The translations under genes were made by a program, and so were the position numbers. Positions 45,798 to 52,483 of a stretch of DNA of 52,483 nucleotides are shown here, piece by piece (position 1 is the stretch's first letter; every line of letters begins with the position of its first letter). The stretch covers positions 1 through 52,483 of the forward strand of contig JAKBAG010000001.1 of assembly GCA_021809235.1 (NCBI GenBank), read 5' to 3'. Source of the stretch: Acidobacteriota bacterium. GTDB taxonomy: Bacteria > Acidobacteriota > Terriglobia > Terriglobales > Acidobacteriaceae. Under the pieces are notes generated by a model. It saw only the letters and a list, made by a program, of their open reading frames with translations, did no database searches and had not been told where the DNA came from.

Positions 45798-48092
45798 TCA
45801 GACCTTCTGTGCGCGCTGCACTTCCCGCACGCCCGGCAGGCGTCGCAACCCCGTCACCATACGGTTCAGGTGACGCACATCCTCGGCCTCCACCACAAAC
45901 TCGACAATGGCTTCGCCGTTGGCACCATCCCGCGTCTCTACGGCGCGAATATTGGTGTCATCACTGGAGATGATGGCGGTCATCTCCTTCAGCATCCCGG
46001 AGCGATCATCGCAATGCACCGTGATGCGCACCGGATACCGCTGCGCTCGTCCGGCAACCTCTGAAGCGGTCGGTGCCCACTCCACGGCAATGCGCCGATC
46101 GCTCTCGTAGAGCAGGTTCTGCACATTCGAGCAGCTGCGCGCATGCACGGCCACACCCTTGCCGCGCGTCACATAGCCCACAATCTCCTCGCCACGAATC
46201 GGATTGCAGCAGCGCGCGCGATAGACCAGCAGATCGTCCTGTCCCTCGACCTGCAGGGAATCCGAACCGGTCAGGTGCAGTCGTCGCACCGCCTCGGACA
46301 TGGCGGCCGCACCGGTTTCCGGCACTTCTTCGGCTTCCTCCGAAGTGGTCAGCATCAGCTCCGGTGCCAGCCGGTTCAGAATCTGCCGCGCCGATTGCTT
46401 TCCAAAACCCACGCCTGCCAGCAAGTCCGTCGCCGTTGCCAGCCCGTAGTCGCCGGCCAGCCGCGCCAGGTCGGTGTCCTCGATGCGGTTCATCGGAACC
46501 TTGAACTTGCGTGCCTCGCGCTCCAGCAGTTTTCGTCCTACCTCAATGGCACGCAACCGCTGGTTTTCATTCAGCCAGTGCTTAATCTTGTTGCGCGCGC
46601 GCGGACTCTTCACAAACGTCAGCCAGTCACGGCTGGGGGTATGCCCGTTCTGCGTGATGATCTCTACAATGTCGCCATTACGCAGCTTGGTGCGCAGCGG
46701 CACCATACGGCCATTCACCTTGGCCCCCACGCAGGTATGTCCCACCTCGGTGTGCACCGTGTAGGCAAAGTCCACCGGCGTGCCGTCAGCCGGAACAATG
46801 ACCACCTTGCCGCGCGGCGTGAAGGTGTAAACCTCCTCGGGATAGAGATCCATCTTCAGGCTGGAGAGGAATTCGTTGGGATCGGTCATCTCCCGCTGCC
46901 AGTCCACCAGCTGACGTACCCACGCCAGACGCTGCTCGTCCCGGGCAGAGATCACGCTTTCGCCAGCCTTGTACTTCCAGTGCGCGGCAATGCCTTCCTC
47001 GGCAATCTTGTGCATCTCCTCGGTACGAATCTGCACCTCGAACTGATGCCCGTTCTCTCCCATCACGGTCGTATGCAGCGACTGGTAGAGGTTGGCGCGC
47101 GGAATGGCGATGAAGTCCTTGACGCGGCCTGGCACCGGACGCCAGAGCATGTGAATCAGGCCCAGTGCGGCATAGCAGTCCGTCTTGGTCTGGGTGATGA
47201 TGCGAATCGCCAGCAAATCAAAGACCTGGTCCACACCGACCTGCGACTTCAAAAGCTTTTGCCAGATGGAATACAGCCGCTTGATGCGCCACTCCACATG
47301 CGCCTCAATGTTGTTTTCGCGCAGCTGCTCGCGGATCGTCTCCTCCACCTGGGCCATGAATTGCTCCCCGTCCTGACGACGCGCCTCCACCGCCTCAGCC
47401 ACCTGCTGGTAGCTGACCGGATCGGTGTAACGGAAGGCCAGATCCTCCAGTTCCCCGCGCACCTTGCCCATGCCCAGCCGGTGCGCCAGCGGCGCATAGA
47501 TATCCAGCGTCTCGCGGGCTATGGCTTCGCGCCGTTCCGGCTTCAGATGCTCCAGAGTCCGCATATTATGCAGTCGATCCGCCAGCTTGATGAGCACCAC
47601 ACGCACATCGGAGACCATTGCCAGCAGCATTTTGCGCACGTTCTCCGCCTGCCGGTCCTCACGGTTGGCAAACTGGATCTTGTCGATCTTCGTCACGCCC
47701 TCGACAATGTGCGCCACCTGCTCGCCAAACTCAGTCGCAATCTCATCGGTGGTCACCGGCGTGTCTTCCACCGCATCGTGCAGCAGTCCGGCTGCAATCG
47801 CGGTGGCATCCAGCTTCATCTCTGCCAGCACCTCCGCCACTTCCAGCGGATGAATGATGTACGGCTCTCCGGAGGCGCGACGCTGCCCCTCATGAAAACG
47901 CACGCAGAAATCCCAGGCTTTGCGGATGGGAGCTGGATTTTCCGTGGGACGATGCTCATGCACCTGCTCGATGAGATGCTCAAAACGCTGGGCAATCGGA
48001 TCTACGGGCAAGGAGCCAGACCGGCGAACAGCTGCAGGCGCAGCCGACGACACATTCCCTGCCGCAGCCGAATTCGGTTGCTGTGTCGCCAT
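45798..48092 (-). CDS. relA: Bifunctional (p)ppGpp synthetase/hydrolase (RelA/SpoT)
   Basis: SGEPYIIHP, LLHDAVED HD motif, KLADRLHNMRTL, RVKDFIA, YQSLHT, TGS, CCNP zinc finger, ACT. Confidence 0.97.
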   Translation of the reverse strand: MATQQPNSAAAGNVSSAAPAAVRRSGSLPVDPIAQRFEHLIEQVHEHRPTENPAPIRKAWDFCVRFHEGQRRASGEPYIIHPLEVAEVLAEMKLDATAIAAGLLHDAVEDTPVTTDEIATEFGEQVAHIVEGVTKIDKIQFANREDRQAENVRKMLLAMVSDVRVVLIKLADRLHNMRTLEHLKPERREAIARETLDIYAPLAHRLGMGKVRGELEDLAFRYTDPVSYQQVAEAVEARRQDGEQFMAQVEETIREQLRENNIEAHVEWRIKRLYSIWQKLLKSQVGVDQVFDLLAIRIITQTKTDCYAALGLIHMLWRPVPGRVKDFIAIPRANLYQSLHTTVMGENGHQFEVQIRTEEMHKIAEEGIAAHWKYKAGESVISARDEQRLAWVRQLVDWQREMTDPNEFLSSLKMDLYPEEVYTFTPRGKVVIVPADGTPVDFAYTVHTEVGHTCVGAKVNGRMVPLRTKLRNGDIVEIITQNGHTPSRDWLTFVKSPRARNKIKHWLNENQRLRAIEVGRKLLEREARKFKVPMNRIEDTDLARLAGDYGLATATDLLAGVGFGKQSARQILNRLAPELMLTTSEEAEEVPETGAAAMSEAVRRLHLTGSDSLQVEGQDDLLVYRARCCNPIRGEEIVGYVTRGKGVAVHARSCSNVQNLLYESDRRIAVEWAPTASEVAGRAQRYPVRITVHCDDRSGMLKEMTAIISSDDTNIRAVETRDGANGEAIVEFVVEAEDVRHLNRMVTGLRRLPGVREVQRAQKV

Positions 48093-48163
48093 GCTTCATT
48101 ATAGGCACGGAATGTCACAATCGCTACCGGCAGCCAGTCCAGACATCTCCCTGCCCCCGGCAA

Positions 48164-48193
48164 TTGACGAAAGACCCCGCCTACGGCGACAAT
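48164..48193 (+). promoter_or_regulatory. Sigma70 promoter for tRNA-Ala
   Basis: TTGACG-N18-GACAAT, 17 nt upstream of the tRNA. Confidence 0.55.
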
Positions 48194-48210
48194 AGAAATA
48201 TCCCGTGAGT

Positions 48211-48286
48211 GGGCCTGTGGCGCAGCTGGGAGCGCGCTTCCATGGCATGGAAGAGGTCATCGGTTCGATCCCGATCAGGTCCACCA
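48211..48286 (+). tRNA. tRNA-Ala (GGC)
   Basis: G3:U70 pair, anticodon arm CTTCC-ATGGCAT-GGAAG, GTTCGATCC, encoded CCA. Confidence 0.97.
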
Positions 48287-48449
48287 ATTACATAATTAAA
48301 AACTTACAATCCAAAAGCAGCCCTCAAAAACTGCCCGATTCCAGCCTGAATATGTCAGTGTATGCAACTAGGCATTTTTGCTGAGGCCGTCACAGGCACG
48401 GATTGTCCGTACGCTTCTACCATTCCTGAAAAGGCCACGCACACGGTGG

Positions 48450-48636
48450 GCAGGGTGGCAGACTGCCAGGCTTAGCCGTCGAAGCCAGGGGCGGCCCAGG
48501 CGGAGTTGTCGCCTGCATGGGTCTTCCAGCCCTGATCGAGGGGCGCGACTCCCTGCGCCCAGTGGGCTAGTTCCACGGTCTGGGTGGCGGCTGCGGCTGC
48601 GGTGAGAAAAAGCGCCAGCATGAGGATTTTACGCAT
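48450..48636 (-). pseudogene. Truncated remnant of a second SpoIIE-type sensor phosphatase
   Basis: ATG overlaps the upstream gene end (VLHA*). MRKILMLALFLTAAAAA...LDQGWKTHAGDNSAWAAPGFDG*AWQ parallels FRTGDNPAWSNPNLDESGW of the intact gene; in-frame TAA at 48472-48474, then similarity is lost. Confidence 0.75.
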
Positions 48637-50524
48637 GCAGCACCTCGGCGGGGGCGAAGGTGAGGGTGAGGACGGTAATGTCGTCCTGTTGGCCGAAATG
48701 CTGGGCGGCCCGGGCCAAGGTCGCGCCGTCTGAGCCGTTGCGCAGCAAGTCCCCGATGCGGTCGAACCCAAAGAGTTCTCCTTTGCTGTTCTGCGCTTCC
48801 ACAACGCCGTCGGTCATCAGTACCAGCGCATCACCTTCGGCAACCTTGAACCGCAATACGGGGAAGGAGATTCCGGGAGCCGCTCCCAGCGGAAGTGCTC
48901 CTTCGACGGGAATTTCCTTCCCATTGAGAAGTGGAGGCAGATGGCCGGCGTTTACAAGTTTCGCGGATCCGTCGCTCTCCACGCGCAGCACGAGAGAGGT
49001 CACCAGGCCACGCCCCTGAAGCCGTTCGTTCAGAAGCTCCAGGATGCGCTCCGGATCGGTGGTGAACGCGACCGCCGTGCGGATCGCTCCCACGATCAGC
49101 GCAGCCAGCATTCCGGCTTCCATACCCTTGCCGGCGACATCCCCGATCACTACCAGTGCCCCATCCTCGGCGAGCGGCAATACCTGAAAGAAATCCCCGC
49201 CCACCTCGCGGGAAGGATGGTATTCGCTTCGGATATGGAGCCTGGGAATCGCTGGTAGCTGTCTGGAAATCAAAAATTGCTGCGCGTTGCGCGCCGCGTG
49301 CATCTCGCCTGCAAGCTGGGCGCGATCTTCTGCGATACGGCGCTGTTCGCGCAACAGCAGAGCGATCAGCACAACCACAATCGCAATCAAAGCGACACCG
49401 CGAGCCTCCAACATTTGCGTATACCAGCGGACAAAGAGGTTCGGAATGTCCGGAATACTCTCCAATGTCGCAAGCACAAGCCACACCAGGTCCGTGATCA
49501 CCCAGATCGAGCAGAACATCGCCAGCACACGAGCATCCCGCGACAGTCTGCGAATCGGCAGGAAAGCAGTCAGTGCGGATGCAGCGGGAATCAGCGCGCC
49601 AAGCACCGAATAGCTAATGCGTACGTTTCGCTCATTGGTAATGGCAGTGATCCAGATTGCAACCGAATACGGAACGACCATTTCGAGGAGAAATACACAT
49701 TCCAAAAGCAAGAGAATGGCAAGCGCGATCACGAGGTAAGCAGGCATCCGTCGCCGCGCAATGTGAAAAAAGAAGTAGACTTGGGTCCACGCGTATACCC
49801 AATCCGGAATATCGGATAACAGGCCGAGCGTGAGTGCGGATGTGCCAACCTGGGCTTGAGCCGCGAAGATACAAAAACGACCCAGCGCCATCATGAGGCA
49901 GGCAAGGGCCAGCATCAGGACTTCCAGGCGTGATCGGTCACTGAAGAAAAGCCCCAGCAATGCCAGCCCGATCGCCCCAATCACTGTGTAACAGAGAACT
50001 ACTCCCGCGTTTGTCTGGATAACAGTCAGCAACAGCGAATTGCGAAAGGCTATTAACTCGGAACGACTTCCGAGGCGAAGTGTCGGCGGGTCAGTACTGG
50101 TGATGATAGCGCGAAGGGGAATGCGAAGCGCGAGAACGCCGTGAGCGCCTGCCGACAGCGGCGGCAACGACCACGTTCGAATCCTGTCCAGACTATAGTT
50201 GCCCGATTGCATGCTGCCAAAGCTACCGATCCGTCTTCCGTCAAAGTAGACCTCATACGCCGTCGGTACAAAGATTTGAATCGCCGGATCATGCAACCCT
50301 CGAACTATGCCCAAATCCACCTTGCAGCGCACCCAGAAACGGGGCTGATAGAGGTCCACTGTGAACTTATCTCCTGGCGTCCAGCCGCTTTCATCCAGAT
50401 TCGGATTGGACCACGCAGGATTGTCGCCTGTGCGGAAGATGCACTTGTCCAGTGATATTTGGGTTGACTGCGCACACGCAATGCTGGAAAGGCAAAGAAA
50501 CAGCCAGGCCCATGATTTGCTCAA
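48629..50524 (-). CDS. Membrane SpoIIE/PP2C-family phosphatase with N-terminal sugar-binding-like domain and about 7 TM
   Basis: SD GGAGG before TTG; EVGGDFF, IGDVAGKG, NAGHLPP, MTDGVVEA, QDDIT. Confidence 0.9.
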   Translation of the reverse strand: MSKSWAWLFLCLSSIACAQSTQISLDKCIFRTGDNPAWSNPNLDESGWTPGDKFTVDLYQPRFWVRCKVDLGIVRGLHDPAIQIFVPTAYEVYFDGRRIGSFGSMQSGNYSLDRIRTWSLPPLSAGAHGVLALRIPLRAIITSTDPPTLRLGSRSELIAFRNSLLLTVIQTNAGVVLCYTVIGAIGLALLGLFFSDRSRLEVLMLALACLMMALGRFCIFAAQAQVGTSALTLGLLSDIPDWVYAWTQVYFFFHIARRRMPAYLVIALAILLLLECVFLLEMVVPYSVAIWITAITNERNVRISYSVLGALIPAASALTAFLPIRRLSRDARVLAMFCSIWVITDLVWLVLATLESIPDIPNLFVRWYTQMLEARGVALIAIVVVLIALLLREQRRIAEDRAQLAGEMHAARNAQQFLISRQLPAIPRLHIRSEYHPSREVGGDFFQVLPLAEDGALVVIGDVAGKGMEAGMLAALIVGAIRTAVAFTTDPERILELLNERLQGRGLVTSLVLRVESDGSAKLVNAGHLPPLLNGKEIPVEGALPLGAAPGISFPVLRFKVAEGDALVLMTDGVVEAQNSKGELFGFDRIGDLLRNGSDGATLARAAQHFGQQDDITVLTLTFAPAEVLHA

Positions 50525-50801
50525 TGTTTCCTCCGGCGCGGGAAGGTTCGCTTTCGGGATATGAGGGGAACGAAAATTGCCCTAAGGATACCCGAAGTTT
50601 CAGCGCGAGGCCAATCCTTATCGAAAGGAAAGCTGATTCTGCACAGGTGCCAGACCTGCGAGCCTGATGATTGATAGTGATAAAGCATTCAGGTCTGGCC
50701 GTGGCGAGTCACGATCAGACCTGGATTCATCACGAAGTGTAGTTGATCTGCGAAAGCGATAGAGCAAAGGAAGCTCCGGCTCATCGCCTGGAATTTTCTC
50801 G

Positions 50802-51470
50802 TCAGTGCGTGGCGGTTTTCTGGTGATAGCTCACGCCGAAACCGATGCGCAGGTCGTTCTGGGAGTTGGAGCCATTGTTTGGCAAGGTCGTGCGTACGTA
50901 GTCCAGTTCGAGCAGACGCAATCCCCAGCCCTTTTTCAGATCCATATTTGCTCCTCCGCCCAACTGCATGGAGAACGCACTGGCGCTGGGTGTGGTTCCT
51001 GCGCTTGAAGGAAAGACGCTGTTGTAGGCGTGAACACCGCCCAGCAGCCACTCACCAAAGAGATACGTGGCATGCTTTTTGGCAAAGCCACGCTCGGTCC
51101 ACCGCGAAGAGTCGAAGGTGTAGCGCGGACCCGCCATCAGGATGAACTGGCTTAGATTCACGCCAGGGGTGATATTGGAGGCATGGTTCAACGTCAGATT
51201 TCCGGCGATGCCAAGTCCCCGATACAACGTTGCCGCCACATCTCCACTGCCACCATTCAGCCAGAAGCACCCACAGTTGGAAGGTGCAATCTTGGTCCGC
51301 TCCGCCGTATACGTCACGGCATAGTCCAGAGAGCGAAGATGCAGCCTGGTATCCGGCTTCTCAGTCCTCTGTATGCTCTGTGCAGCTGCCGTCGTGAACA
51401 GACCGCTCATCATTGCGCTCATTACAGCTCCGGCAAGGAGCGCACTACCAAATCCTCTTTTGTGCGTCAT
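50802..51470 (-). CDS. Small outer-membrane beta-barrel protein
   Basis: SD AGGAG; signal peptide; amphipathic strands, NCGCFWLNGG, MAGPRY, C-terminal LRIGFGVSY. Confidence 0.8.
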   Translation of the reverse strand: MTHKRGFGSALLAGAVMSAMMSGLFTTAAAQSIQRTEKPDTRLHLRSLDYAVTYTAERTKIAPSNCGCFWLNGGSGDVAATLYRGLGIAGNLTLNHASNITPGVNLSQFILMAGPRYTFDSSRWTERGFAKKHATYLFGEWLLGGVHAYNSVFPSSAGTTPSASAFSMQLGGGANMDLKKGWGLRLLELDYVRTTLPNNGSNSQNDLRIGFGVSYHQKTATH

Positions 51471-51480
51471 GACTTCTCCT

Positions 51481-52483
51481 TTACTGGACGTTGAGTGTGA
51501 CGGTCGTGGAGTGGACGAGAGCTCCGGAGGTTCCCGTAATACTTACCGTGTAGGTGTGCTGCGCCTGGCCAAAGTAGCCGGTTGTAGTACCGCATCCGGA
51601 CAATCCGGCCACCGTACCCAGACCAACCATCAGCAGCAGAGCCAGAGTCACTGCGCGGCCCATCCGCTTGCCCATCTTGCGCATCCTCCTGGTAAACGGC
51701 AGCAGCAGCACGCCCAGTGCAATCGGAGCCAGTCCTCTACCCCATGGTTGTCCTTCGGGCTTTCCAGTCGATCTGCCCGGAAGCGGCCTGTTGGTCTGGC
51801 GCAGAGCAGCCATGGTTGTGTTCGGCACCTGCACCGTCAAGGTCACATTCGTGGGGCCGGAACCGGCCTGGATTGAGGTTGGCGAAAGCGTGTAGGTTGC
51901 CCCTGTCGGCAGACCGCTCACGCTTAGTGCGACGTTGGCCGGGAAGGTTGTGGCACCGGTCGGGCTCAGCGTGAACACATAGTTCGCTGTTCCTCCCGGA
52001 ACAACCGTTGCCGTTGTTGCACCTCCCGCCGTGGTGGAGATGGTCAAGTTGAAGTCCTGCACCGTCTGCAACAGTGCGGGGCTGGTTGCAGCTACAAAGT
52101 TTCCATCGCCGGAGTACACCGCCGTAATCGTGTGTGTGCCGATGGCAAGCGTAGAGCTGGTCAGCACTGCCACGCCATTTGTCAGCGCAGCCGCACCGAT
52201 CGGAGTGCTCGTTGTGGAACCGTCAAAGAAGCTGACCGTCCCCGTCGGCATCCCGACAACCGAGGCCACTGTCGCGGTGAACGTGACCGGATTCTGCACC
52301 AGCACCGTGTTGGCAGAGCTGATCAACGATATGCCTGCCGTGGCCTTGTTCACCGTGAGCATGGACGAAGCGGTCGCCGTCTTATAGTTGGTTGCGTTCG
52401 ACGGGGTGAAGTTTGCGGTCAGGCTGTAGCTTCCTGCCGGCAATACAGTCGTCGCTGTAACAGCACTTGGCACTCCTCCCGCA
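51481..52483 (-). CDS. Ig-like (Big_3) repeat surface protein, 5' end beyond window, with C-terminal TM-hairpin/internal lipobox module
   Basis: Frame is open to the window edge; PTGTVSFFDG..IGTHTITAVYSGDGNF; ends GLAPIALGVLLLPFTRRMRK...GLSG|CG...TYTVSITGTSGALVHSTTVTLNVQ. Confidence 0.85.
   Translation of the reverse strand, partial: AGGVPSAVTATTVLPAGSYSLTANFTPSNATNYKTATASSMLTVNKATAGISLISSANTVLVQNPVTFTATVASVVGMPTGTVSFFDGSTTSTPIGAAALTNGVAVLTSSTLAIGTHTITAVYSGDGNFVAATSPALLQTVQDFNLTISTTAGGATTATVVPGGTANYVFTLSPTGATTFPANVALSVSGLPTGATYTLSPTSIQAGSGPTNVTLTVQVPNTTMAALRQTNRPLPGRSTGKPEGQPWGRGLAPIALGVLLLPFTRRMRKMGKRMGRAVTLALLLMVGLGTVAGLSGCGTTTGYFGQAQHTYTVSITGTSGALVHSTTVTLNVQ

Overview
GC-rich bacterial chromosomal segment. 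The gene families and protein styles (VWFA-related protein, CRTAC1/multiheme-TPR pair, Ig-repeat surface proteins, kinase-coupled ECF sigma) point to Acidobacteriota subdivision 1; this is an inference. Core genes are pncA, a BI-1/YccA protein, recA, rbsK, mutS2, hemB, maf, folC, plsC, ggt, relA/spoT, tRNA-Phe(GAA) and tRNA-Ala(GGC). Accessory loci are a multi-CBM GH10 xylanase (runs off the left edge), a CRTAC1 plus penta-heme TPR pair, an orphan T4-type lysozyme facing a 32-aa membrane peptide, a Ser/Thr kinase-ECF-Ig lipoprotein module next to tRNA-Phe, a TolC-YtcA-MdtN-MdtO efflux operon, an S53-like probable pseudoprotease with Ig repeats, and a region after tRNA-Ala with a SpoIIE-type phosphatase, a decayed paralog, an OM beta-barrel and another Ig-repeat protein (runs off the right edge). 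The most intriguing signal is that two unrelated surface proteins both end in an Ig-like domain interrupted by a TM/basic/TM hairpin ending in an internal lipobox, with the last two beta-strands placed after the Cys. This suggests a lipid-anchored strand-complementation display system, possibly with a dedicated OM barrel. Other leads are degenerate TTC-N8-TTC (LexA-like) boxes at recA and at the mutS2/small-peptide locus, a structured RNA after the Ig lipoprotein gene, and several apparently leaderless genes. No CRISPR array, rRNA, transposase or integrase was seen.
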